The position numbers and the translations under genes were made by a program. From Hamiltosporidium tvaerminnensis FI-OER-3-3 (taxonomy: Eukaryota > Fungi > Microsporidia), in contig JAKIMF020000011.1 in assembly GCA_022605425.2 (NCBI GenBank), positions 806,001 to 870,000 on the forward strand: a stretch of 64,000 nucleotides of DNA. The letters are read 5' to 3'. Of the stretch, positions 51,901 to 62,469 are shown in pieces; within the stretch, counting starts at the first letter, position 1; the number at the start of each line of letters is the position of its first letter. The notes beneath the pieces were generated by a model, which saw only the letters and a list, made by a program, of their open reading frames with translations, ran no database searches and was not told where the DNA came from.

Positions 51901-52074
51901 AGTATGTGTTATTTATATGCAAGAGCTACTAAAGCTGTAAGTGTAGTACCTCCTATATATTATGCACACTTAGCTGCTGCTAGAGCTAAGTGTTATATTG
52001 ATAATGATAATGGGGGTGTTATTGAGATGAAGAAGGTATGTAAGGGATTAGAGAATTTGTTATATTATTTGTAG
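48973..52074 (+). CDS. ago1: Argonaute (AGO clade), 1033 aa, with low-complexity inserts
   Basis: N domain (IKANLF, AYD), L1 (LNVD), PAZ (SVADYF..Y..LKYPFLPCV, YLPIEV), MID (Y..VKK, TQC, KINAKLGG) and PIWI (GADVSHP, RQEII, FRDGV, KRH, GTARP, YYAHLAA). Confidence 0.97.
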   Translation: MQLKNFPLPRQTSNKPSPLKIKANLFPIKLPPTLIHHYTITFEPPLHKSLTHHIFTTIVINNPSLFPTPLAYDSNSILITANELPFKDKTIDFIYKKKDTNKLIITHKHTISLKDIGLGLDNSSKDMLDNSSKDMFDNKDSKDMLDNSSKDMLDNSSNNNNTNTNTNTSLAVQAFEIISRQHQLLTFISEGRKTYSSKFNTILSKGLQVFTGITHSLKLTLKGPLLNVDTAFSVFFEEISLLSFIVKTLSGRRSDKGNKYGKRYEGKKIKGDSREGDGKEGGVDIQLSREDENCLYNITPNTFKEVARVLKGVKMTTTHRERNFSFKICDITLTPASETFFEIRDNGGNDNGGNVGNGGNDNSGNEINNNNNNVINNNEINNNNNNNTTNPPTNNNTTNNNTTNNNTTNNTNTKHSVADYFASTYSTLKYPFLPCVVIKKRDKVLYLPIEVVRICSNQKYIRKLDESQTSEMIKIAALPPNIRFSIIKERIEDMNIFNNKIIKDFNIYYGKDFVEVKGRQLRVPDIQFGNKINNPVRGSWNLKGFTAVKPININEWAVLLLTDEEVRDINIYIDNLIRICNSFGVKLNKNYNIITCDSPKKYMEILSTGKYKFCIVVLKDRNSSVYGGVKKIAETVYCVVTQCIRRVNLEKCMDPTFCSNIAIKINAKLGGINYKLSSVGGGSGSGGYGGSSGYGGSRGSYNNSYRDGNNNSNTNSNNNSNTINNISTITSITSLFKGDTIVFGADVSHPGIGDLESPSIVAVVASLDTDLTSYTTIMRTQTRRQEIIENLKEIVREILIRFRSNSSVIPKRIIFFRDGVGESQFYSVFESEICSIKEACKSLDSKYEPEVIFIVAQKRHSIRFMIEDSSGEDSGNKGGDGDRGYSSSYKGDSSNYKGNSSSYKDNKPGNYKGNFKPRFTGNVLPGTCVDEVGHPLFFDFYLVSHYALQGTARPVRYQVLYDDSKLGVDLLQEYIHSMCYLYARATKAVSVVPPIYYAHLAAARAKCYIDNDNGGVIEMKKVCKGLENLLYYL

Positions 52075-52386
52075 TAATAGTAGTATTGTTAGAGGGGTGT
52101 TATTGAGATGAAGAAGGTATGTAAGGGATTAGAGAATTTGTTATATTATTTGTAGTAATAGTAGTATTGTTAGAGGGGTGTTATTGAGATGAAGAAGGTA
52201 TGTAAGGGATTAGAGAATTTGTTATATTATTTGTAGTAATAGTAGTATTGTTAGAGGGGTGTTATTGAGATGAAGAAGGTATGTAAGGGATTAGAGAATT
52301 TGTTATATTATTTGTAGTTATAGTAGGTTAGTAGTAGGTGGTAGTAGGTATGTAAGGAATTAGAGAATTTGTTATATTATTTGTAG
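52013..52386 (+). repeat. 81-bp tandem repeat of the Argonaute 3' end (units at 52013, 52094, 52175 and 52256, plus a partial fifth)
   Basis: Each unit is the last 62 nt of the CDS (GGGGTGTTATTGAG...TTGTAG) plus 19 nt of downstream sequence. Confidence 0.95.
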
Positions 52387-52854
52387 TTATAGTAGTAGGG
52401 TTAGTAGTAGGTATAGTGTTAGTAGTAGGTTAGTGTTAGTAGCAATACTAGTAGTATAGTGTTAGTAGTAATACTGGTAGGTTAGTAGTAATGAGTAGTA
52501 GTAGGTTATTAGTAAGGAGTAGTAAAGGTATTAGTTTGAATTTATTTTTTATGTTTTTCTTCTTTATTTATACTTTTAATGTTTATGCGCATAAAGAATT
52601 TGTTGGTATTTTAAATTAATTGGTTTGACAGTTTTACAATAGGAATATAATAGGAGTATGATAAATTATATTAATCTATGGTTTTTAATGTATTAAGTTT
52701 TTAAAATATTTACTAGTAATTACAGTTAAAAGTATTTAATTGGTAATATAATGATAATTACAGTTAAAAGTATTTAATTGGTATATTAAGATAGATTACA
52801 GTTAAAAGTATTTAATTGGTAATTTATATTACTACTGTGTTATTTAGGGTATAA

Positions 52855-53465
52855 ATATACTTTAACACACTTTTAATTACTACTTTATATTACTATACTT
52901 TAACACCCTTTTAATAACTACTTTATATTACTATACTTTAACACCCTTTTAATAACTACTTTATATTACTATACTTTAACACCCCTTTAATTACTACTTT
53001 ATATTACTATACTTTAACACCCTTTTAATAACTACTTTATATTACTATACTTTAACACCCCTTTAATAATTACTTTATACTACACACTAACACCCCTTTA
53101 AACCTTTCATACCCTATACCCTTTATATTACTACACTGTTATTTAACGTATCACTTGTCTCTCATCACTAACACCCCTTTAAACCTTTCATACCCTATAC
53201 CCTTTATATTACTACACTGTTATTTAACGTATCACTTGTCTCTCATCACTAACACCCCTTTAAACCTTTCATACCCTATACCCTTTATATTACTACACTG
53301 TTATTTAACGTATCACTTGTCTCTCATCACTAACACCCCTTTAAACCTTTCATACCCTATACCCTTTATATTACTACACTGTTATTTAACGTATCACTTG
53401 TCTCTCATCACTAACACCCCTTTATACCCTTTATATTACTACACTGTTATTTAACGTATCACTTA
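52855..53465. repeat. C-rich arrays: 38-bp unit x about 6 (52860-53080), then 81-bp unit x about 4.5 (53085-53465) containing the 3' end of the 53431-53733 gene
   Basis: CACTAACACCCC recurs at 53085, 53166, 53247, 53328 and 53409. Confidence 0.92.
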
Positions 53466-53733
53466 TCTCCGTATCTTTATACCCGTTAAACACCACTTTT
53501 CTTTCTTTACTTCCTATTCTTATTCTAAACTCTTTATTATTATTAATTAACACTCCATATTCTATAGGTCTATAATTATTATTATAAGCGTATAATGTTA
53601 TTGTATTGTTATTGTTGTTATATAAAGTAGTGTATTGTATCTTTCTTGGGTAAAGAATGTATAGTTGTAGGAATATAAAAGATAAGAGAGATATAATTAT
53701 AGAGGATAAGGTACTTTCAAACTTAGGTTTCAT
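53431..53733 (-). CDS. Small protein with an N-terminal transmembrane or signal-anchor segment, function unknown
   Basis: 100-aa ATG ORF; IIISLLSFIFLQLYILY; CCC motif just upstream (AACCCTTATG). Confidence 0.65.
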   Translation of the reverse strand: MKPKFESTLSSIIISLLSFIFLQLYILYPRKIQYTTLYNNNNNTITLYAYNNNYRPIEYGVLINNNKEFRIRIGSKERKVVFNGYKDTEISDTLNNSVVI

Positions 53734-53914
53734 AAGGGTTATAGTTAGGGATATATATAGGGTTATAATTAGTGTTATATATTTAGGAATTGTTGATGGG
53801 TTAATATTAGGTTAAATTGGGTTAATAGTAGGCTTATAATAGGGATTGATAATAAGGTTAATAGTAGGGTTGTGATATTAGGGTTAAATTGAGGTAACTT
53901 GGGTTTATTAGACG

Positions 53915-54772
53915 TAACACCCCTTTAATTTACCTTTTATTATATACCTATGAATAACACCCCTTTAATTTATATTCTATTATATACTTTTGAATAACAC
54001 CCCTTTAATTTACCTTTTATTATATACTTTTGAATAACACCCCTTTAATTTACATTTTATTATATACTTTTGAATAACACCCCTTTAATTTACCTTTTAT
54101 TATATACCTAAGAATAACACCCCTTTAAAGTACCTTTTATTATATACTTTGAATAACACCCCTTTAATTTATATTTTATTATATACTTTTGAATAACACC
54201 CCTTTAATTTACATTTTATTATATACTTTTGAATAACACCCCTTTAATTTACCTTTTATTATATACCTAAGAATAACACCCCTTTAAAGTACCTTTTATT
54301 ATATACTTTGAATAACACCCCTTTAATTTATATTTTATTATATACCTAAGAATAACACCCTTTAATTTACCTTTTATTATATACTTTGAATAACACCCCT
54401 TTAATTTATATTCTATTTTATACTTTTGAATAACACCCCTTTAATTTACCTTTTATTATATACTTTGAATAACACCCTTTAATTTACCTTTTATAAATAA
54501 TATTTTTATTAACACCCCTTTAATTTATATTTTATGATATTTTGAATAACACCCCTTTAAAGTACCTATTACAAAAAATTTTAATTAACACCCCTTTAAT
54601 AAGACTAGTAATACATAACACCCCTTTAATAACACTACTAATGCACAACACCCCTTTAATAACACTAGTAATACATAACACCCCTTTATTACCACTACAA
54701 ATACTAACACCCCTTTAATAACACTACTGATACCAACACATCTTTACCCTATCCAATATCATTAACACCCCT
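53915..54772. repeat. TAACACCCCTTTAA minisatellite, about 22 units (38-40 bp, shortening to ~30 bp)
   Basis: Constant core with homologous, slightly variable linkers. Confidence 0.95.
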
Positions 54773-55090
54773 TTACTTTACTATTTTACTAACAATTTTA
54801 TGTTTGTCTTTTCCTATCCAAAATAAAGGTCCGATCATACAACCAATAAGACCAAGAAAATTAAGAGAAAATACAGAAATAACAGTTTTACCGTTATGTT
54901 TAGTATTAGTTTGTTTAAATATATAAAACGTAAGAATTATGAATAGAAGGATATAAGGAAATACAAGTATCTTTATATATAAAGGTGTTAGATACTTGTT
55001 TATAATGAATGTTGAGTATGTTGTTAGAAAAGAGGAAGAGAGTAAAGAAATGAGTGTTATTGTTTTTATAAATATGTTTCTTTTTATCAT
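54773..55090 (-). CDS. Small multi-pass membrane protein (about 3 TM), function unknown
   Basis: 105-aa ATG ORF with three hydrophobic segments and a basic C-terminal tail; CCCC motif about 10 nt upstream. Confidence 0.65.
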   Translation of the reverse strand: MIKRNIFIKTITLISLLSSSFLTTYSTFIINKYLTPLYIKILVFPYILLFIILTFYIFKQTNTKHNGKTVISVFSLNFLGLIGCMIGPLFWIGKDKHKIVSKIVK

Positions 55091-55099
55091 TTATATTAA

Positions 55100-55620
55100 G
55101 GGGTATTAGTAAAGGAATTTATGATAATAGAAGAGGAGAAGAGGGTGTTATATAATAGGAGTTATTAGATGATTAGTAATGGGTGTTAATTATCAGTAGA
55201 GTAGTTAACGGGGTGTTATATAAAGAGTTTATTAACGACTATAGTAGTAAAGGGTGTTATATAAAGGTTATTTATGAATAGAGTAGTAAAGGGTGTTATA
55301 TAAAGGTTATTTATGAATAGAGTAGTAAAGGGTGTTATATAAAGGTTATTTATGAATAGAGTAGTAAAGGGTGTTATAATAAGGGTTATGAATAAGTAGA
55401 TTATTAAAGGGTGTTAAATAAAAGGTTATTTATGAATAGAGTAGTAAAGGGTGTTATTTATGTCAGAGTAGTAAAGGGTGTTAAATAAAAGGTTATTTAT
55501 GATATGAGTAGTAAAGGGTTTTGTTTATGACCTGATCCTTAAAAGGGTTTTATCTTGTATAGAGTAGTAAAAGGTGTTAAATAATATGAGTTATAAGTGT
55601 TATGTAAAGGGGTTTTATAT
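55100..55620. repeat. G-rich minisatellite (AGAGTAGTAAAGGGTGTTA core, ~33-bp units)
   Basis: Direct reading; marks the right edge of the core island. Confidence 0.85.
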
Positions 55621-57411
55621 AACCCTATAAGTTCTTAGGAGAATAAAGAAAGTATTTAAACATTTTTAACTTATTTAACCTTAAAAAGATCAAACCCAAA
55701 GGAAATGTAAATAAGAAAAATAAAATATTTTAATATGAATTTAGTGTGTAGTTTTAAATGATTTTAATGAAATATATTTATACAACTTGAATGATATGTG
55801 AGAATTGAGGATTTTTAGGTTAATTTTTTACATTTGTCTTTAAATAAACTTAATTAGGATAAAAGAAAGGTTAGATATTGGTTTAGGATGGAGAAAAGGA
55901 AAGGTTTTGATTGTAAAATTATCTTGCTTGAGAATAATAGTTGTTTTCGATTGGAATGTTTTGCTTGATTATGTGGTTGTGAAGAAATTATTAGCAAGGC
56001 TAGTAGGGAATTCGTAATAATATTTATTTTCAAAATTTTTTTCAGAATCTTAGTTGAGTCAGATACATGGGATTATAGATGGATTGTCTAGAAAGAATGT
56101 CAAAGGAAAGAGAGACTTAAAAAAAGTGCATGAGTGTTGGCTCTATTAATTCTTGGTATTACGACTTCCTAGGTCTTTAAAACCGCTGCTGGAAATTATA
56201 TAAAAAAATGTTGAGTTTAGTAAATAAAATGAAGACGAGAGTATGTTTGTATAAATTGATGTTGATTAAGCTTAGGTTCAAGTGCTTTGGGTCGAAATTC
56301 TATTGGATACGAAAATAAATGTTGAGACTGAGAATATACTTAAAAAAAATATTGATGAGCTGCGAGTATAAATTATGCCAAAGGTCGTTTGGTGGTTTCT
56401 TTAACAATAAAAACTCTGAAAATAAGATAAGCTGCAATTTGTAGCAAAAAATTGTATCGTGGTCAAGCTCTAAATAGAAAATAGTCTACAAGGGCAGTAA
56501 GAATTTGTTGAACAAATGATTTTTTCAACAAAAAATTGATAAATCTTACTAAAATAATATTACTGAGTAAAGAAATCTCTTAAAATATGAGAAATCGAGG
56601 TTTGAAATCCTAGGAAATCAATTAATTTATTTTTTATATAGAAGATCGGGTATTTGCATTCTTAGAGAAAATATTAGAAAAGCAAGTTGTTCTTAATAAA
56701 GGACATGTATATTTAAAATTGATATTGATAAAAAAAAATAGAATATGATTTAAAAATTGCATATTTCAAGAGGTTACTTTGTGAGATATATAAATTTGTA
56801 TGTAGTCTTCCAATTAAACTCGCAATTAAATTATAACAATCGGTTTGATTAAAGTTGTACTCATAATTCACTTTCCCCATTGCTTACCATAAAAGTCAAG
56901 GTAAAATGTGCTATAAAAGCTCAACAGCAATATATAAAAAGTGACACGACAAAATATAAATAAAGAATTAGCGGTAAAATATATTCAGAAGCCCGAAAAC
57001 CCTTTATAAACATTTTCCGAAATACTGAATTATTCATGCTTGAAAGCACAGGGAAACGTGATACACTCACTACAGCTCTAGAGTCGAATGGGATTAACTA
57101 TCTTCTTAGACAAATAGAAGTTCTAATGTTCATCATATCAAAATTATTTCTTTTTAAAATTTTCTGATTCTGGTAAAAAGCTTTGCTGCTGACAGAACTC
57201 GAATAAGACGAAATTCAGATCGTTTTTCAAGCTTTGTATTTTGAATAATGTTTTGCGCCAGGTGATAATTTGTTTTGCATTAAATTAAAACCTTAAACGC
57301 ATATTCTGAAAATAATGTTTTGCAGAATTACAAAATAGGGAATCAATTATCATTAAAAGAAATTTATTTATTTTTTTTATTTGTTCTCATATTTCTATTC
57401 TTTAAGACGTA

Positions 57412-58450
57412 GCTTGAAAGAGGATTGCATAGTGATGAGGTGCGAAACGAACATATGCTTCTGGTACTCTTGGATGGTCTGGAATCGTAAAGAAATATCA
57501 ACTAGCCGAGTAGAAATTCTCAAGGTGAAGAATACTGATAAAATCAATTTGCATGTATAAATGGTTATAAAAGACGAGCATAGTTTCTTAGAAGAAGTCA
57601 CTAAGAAGAATTTATAAAAAGCTCAATTTGCAAAATTATATAACGAAATATAAAAACGAAAACTTGATTCAAATTATACAATTCAAGAGAAAATGAGCTT
57701 TTGAGTGTGACTGACTTTTCAATATGGCTAAAGAAAGGTAATATTAGGCCACGAAATTAAGCTTGTTCTACTATATCAAGACAGAAATGTATTCGGGGGT
57801 GCATATGGTATGTCTTAACACTGCAACCAGGCTAGCAAAAAAGTAGATCACTTAGCAACGAGATGCAAAAAAAAGGCTTGTTCATGACTATACTAGACTA
57901 CACTAAGAATTTTTACATAGTATACACATACTTCTTTAAAATAGATATAGGTTTAAGTCCTCAAAAGAATTAGGAGTCACTCAGTTCAAGAAATTCTTGA
58001 CAACTGATATGTAAGAAATAGAGTAAACACCAGAATAAAAACTGATTTTAAATTTGAATAACAGCCCGATATATTTATTTTAAGATAGGAAGAACAAAAA
58101 GATAAAACTCCCTGAATTAAGAATCACTTTAAATAGTTAAAACAGAGAAGATAAGGAAGTACGAACTATTAGAAAATGAGTTAAGTCCTATATAAAAGTG
58201 TAGGATTGAGATAATTTCGTATATTGTGACATGAGACGGTATTGGTAGAAATACTTTAAGCCATATGTTAAGAGACTACAAATATCTACAAATATAGAGG
58301 CATATTTACAATTCATTTACACAAGACGACTGTCTAAAACATTTCTATTGATCGACGAAATGGACTTGAGTCTTGACTAAATGCAGAAGATGGCTGGGAG
58401 AGAGTGTGGATGATGCATTAAGGCAGTCGAAACACGAGGAAGGCTACACA
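57412..58450 (+). mobile_element. 5'-truncated decayed copy of the RLE-type non-LTR element
   Basis: Colinear nucleotide match to ~22045-23100 (GAACATATGCTTCTG, GAAATATCAACTAG, ATATTAGGCCACGAAA, GAATTAGGAGTCACTCAGTTCAAGAAATTCTTGA, TTGATCGACGAA). Confidence 0.92.
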
Positions 58451-58489
58451 CTTCAAAACAAAGTCGAAAACCAAAGAGTATAATTGTAC

Positions 58490-61400
58490 CTTTATCCTCA
58501 CGCTACAGCCCTGCCTTAGAATGGCCTGCCTTAGAAATGTCGTTCATTGGTCTCTATTCAGTGCCACATTTCACAGATCTTCCTCACTCATAGTTTCGGC
58601 GGGTCTTTTCGATTTTATCAATCAAGCGAGTCTTGCGTCTTCCCACGTTTCTCTTACGTACAGGTATATGACTCAAACGTAAAATGATAAGCAATTCTTT
58701 AGCAATCTTAGCAAGTGATCTATCTGGCAGAGTCTGTTCTAACAGACTCAGTCCAAGACTATCATCTCTCTTAATTCGGCGTAGATTTCTTCGTTGTTTC
58801 GTTTCTTTTACCTGCCGTTTTTTTCTATAGGTAATAAATACCACTCAGTAGTTTCTTTCTGAACATCGCGTGTCTTTGCTCATCAATCTTCTTAAGAACT
58901 CAGGATTCTGTTCATACATAGGAAGAGGTCTCGGCAGCGTTTTCTAGAGCATAGCTTCTGTTCTTCCCTGTAACGAGCTTGGACTTTAAGAGCTTGAAGA
59001 GACTATAGTAGGAATTTTCCGAACACGAATTCTTCATTCAATTTTTTTTAAGCTGCTGTCGTTTACACCTATTCAAGATCCTAAATATACAAAATCTTCT
59101 ACTGTTTTAAAGATTATCTCCGAATTAGTATTTTGGAAGTCATCAGGTACTACTAACTGTTATTTATTTAGTTTTACCGATTTAAATATCAGGCTTATCT
59201 TCTTGGCTACAGATTCCAAAGCAAAGAACGCTATTTGCAACTAGCTTGTGATCTACAATAAGGTCCATATCATCAGCGTATAAAGGATGTCAGATCGCTT
59301 TTTAAATATGCGACCACTAATATCTAGGCCAGAATTATTAACTCCTTTCTTTAGAGTCTACTTAAATATTAAACACGCCGGGGGCCACCCTCATTTAGAC
59401 CCTTAAATTTTCTACTTTTAAATGATAGAATCACTGTACCCTGAATTTGCAATTTGATCATGAAATTGGCATTTTAGTCAACCTAATAAATTTAAAGGGG
59501 GATAAGATAATTCTTTCATGGCTCTTTAAAGCATTTTTCGTAGGACTTACTATGCTAGCTAAAGTCTATAAAATTTCTGTGAACACTTATCTTATATTCC
59601 AGTGTTTTTTCTAGAATTTGTTTTAATGTATAAATTTGGTCAGATGTCGACCTATCTTTCAAAAAGCTGCAGTTGTATTCTCTTATGATCTTCTCTGGAT
59701 AAGGTAGCTGTCGTGTGAAAAAAATGCTATCCGGAACCTTGTAGGTTGTGTTCAAAAAAGATATTTTTCTGTGATTCACAATTATTCCTTTTTTTGTGGG
59801 TCAAGAAGACAAAACTTGAATCCTATTCTCTGAAGATTTTAATTTTTTCTATATATCTTAAATTCGATGCCTTAGCTCTTTAATGTAATTTCTGGTAGCG
59901 TTTTTAATGAGTTTACTAGAAATTTTTCCGTTCTCATGGTCTTTATCGTTTTTCTGTTTTTCCACAGCTTATCTACTTCTACATAAATTAGCACAATATA
60001 TTCATAGCTACCTGTACTTTCAAGTTAGTCAAAAACTCGTCCGTCTCTTCTTTATCTTTGCGTCTACTTTGTAGTTCTCTAAAATGTTCTGATAATCTAT
60101 ATATAACTATTTAGTTTCACTTATTTCCTCATCTGTTTTACTTCTACAGATGTTTATTTGCGGAATGCAACCTCTTTTGTATCATTCACGTTTTTATGCG
60201 TTTCTCTGCTTAGGTATGTACTTATATCACTGAATTAGCACCATTTGCGTAATAATGACTGTCTGTTCTTAACTCGATGTATTCTTTTTTTCCAAATTTC
60301 TCGCATATCTATATCTTTCTGTATCTATTCTAGACTTGCTTATTTGTATCATCAAGTTGTAGGCCTCATTCTTAGCTTTACCTATACTTGCTCATTCCTC
60401 ATGAAACCATCATTGCTGTAAACACTTCGCTTGAATTTAATAGATTCCCTGGCTGCTTCAACTATGCGCTGCTTAAGCCTATTTCATTTGTCATCCGTAT
60501 CTTCTTTGGTTCGTTCTCTACCTATTTCGTTAGTTTTCAAACTCAAATATTTTCTTTCCTTCCTCACCCTTCAACATACGAGTGTTATATCTGGCAAACA
60601 TAGTTCCTTTTTTATTTCTTGGTGTGCGAGATTCTACCTCTTAATCGTTCGACGAGGAGGAAATGATCAATATCGGCGTTGGCTCTGCAATGCACTCGAA
60701 AATAAAGTAAGCTAGAGCAGTATGCCTGTCAATAAAGCCGTGATTTATTTGTTTGAATCCTCCACCATCTGGTGTCGTCCAAATACCCTTGTGTATGTTC
60801 CGTGATCAAAAATTTTCCCTCAACAATTAAATTTAACTTTTTGCAAAATTAATTAGTCGGAATATATTTTACGAATGCTCCCCATGTAGACTAAATTTCA
60901 AATACTACTACAAACAGATTCTTTAGCTACTTTTGCCTCCATGTCTCCTAGCGAAAATAATATGTCATTTCTAAGACAATCGTCGTATACTTTCCCTAGG
61001 AGATCGTAAAAAGCTTGCCTTTCTACATCAATTAGATCTTCTATGCGAGTATGAGCATTGATGATACAATAGTTGAAAAATTTCCTCTGATTCTGATTCT
61101 ACATAGACTGAGTGCGTAGGCTTTAAAATCGATTGCAAGCGGTAATATCTTGTTTTCAAGCATGAATTCTGGTTCTAGTGGGTGGTGTTTTTCGTGAAAG
61201 CTATAGTAGAGTAAATACCCCTTCCTATTTATAAATCCCTGTTCAGCCCATCTCATTTCTTGTAGTGCTATAATGTCGATTTTATGTCCAGAAATCACAT
61301 CAGATAGACACTTCATCGCATCAGCCTATGAAAAGAACGCACGTTCCATGTTGGAAGTAGAATATCTTTTTTTTCGTTTAGCCACGCTAAAGAGTTTTTT

Positions 61401-61560
61401 AATTTTTTGTTTGGGTTTCGTAACAAGTTGGTTTTAAAAGGTGGAATGATAGATTTACCACAACCCCCTAGCTTGAAGGACCAGTTCCTCTAAGTCGCCT
61501 CTTACGAAAAGCTGGGAATACTCTAAGTAAATTCTGCTACCGACATGGAGGGAGGCGGAA
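58490..61560 (-). mobile_element. RTE-like LINE (APE endonuclease plus RT), heavily decayed, with 5' UTR
   Basis: Endonuclease motifs KIDIIALQEMRW, GDMEAKV and HKGIWTTPDG. RT motifs NHRKISFLNTTYK, DRSTSDQIYTLKQILEK..FIDF, LYADDMDL (~59260-59283) and FVYLG. 3' end GGGCTGTAGCG. Confidence 0.88.
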
Positions 61561-62469
61561 GCGACTATTAAGCATGTTAAAGCAAAAAGTAATGTATTCT
61601 TTACTTTAAGTACAAACTCTTTTGGGAACCGACGATAAGCATAAATAAAAATTCAAATTTAGAGCAAAAAAAGTTCTTGTAAAAGAGGCAAAAGAAAATG
61701 ACTAAAGCCAAGAAACTTATCAAATCAATTAGAATAGTCATTTAATTGTCCTTTTGTTGTTTAATTTTAATTTATTGGATAAGCTGTTTATTTCAGACAT
61801 TTTAATTTCGAATCCTTAATTTTATTGATATTTCTCCGAAACATTTAATTTTTTTATTTTCTTATTTACTCAATTGAATTTAAATTAAAACATTTTTTCG
61901 AAATATAATAAACAAAACTTTCTAAAAGTTTTGTAACAATAAATTTGAAAATTAGAAGTACTTGTAGCGTTTATTTTAATAAAATGTAAAAATTTAATCA
62001 TAAAAAAATTGTAAAATTAAGAATCATTTTATATTTATTTGTAGTAAATTAACAAAATCTGAATTAAAAAAATCAAGAAATATTAATTTTTAGTAAGAAC
62101 TTAAGAAAAATGGTTTAATGATAAAATATCAAAATATATTTTGGATGTATAAATTGTTGAAAATTACATTTAAAACAGTTTTTCTTAAAAAATCAAGAAA
62201 TTTTTTTCGGGTAAATTAAAAATACTAAAGATAATATTTAATTTAAAAATTTAAATTATCTGAATTATTTTTTTTTCCCTAAATATAATGAATTTCAAAT
62301 TTAACATTTAATAAAGTCATAATTAATTCAAACTTAATTTAATAATTAATATTTAATAATAAATTCAATGAAAAAAATCATTAAAAATATATTTTCGACG
62401 TTTTTTCAGTTCTTTAAACTAACCTTATTTGTTTCTTAAAACTATAAATAATTTGCAAGTTTCATACCC

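Noticed and set aside
53155-53454. 99-aa ORF with 27-aa repeats
   Set aside because: By-product of the 81-bp tandem array; non-ATG start.
53915-54772. CRISPR-like array (constant TAACACCCCTTTAA with intervening sequence) near Argonaute
   Set aside because: The spacers are homologous to each other, the repeat is short and non-palindromic, there are no cas genes, and the context is eukaryotic. It is a minisatellite.
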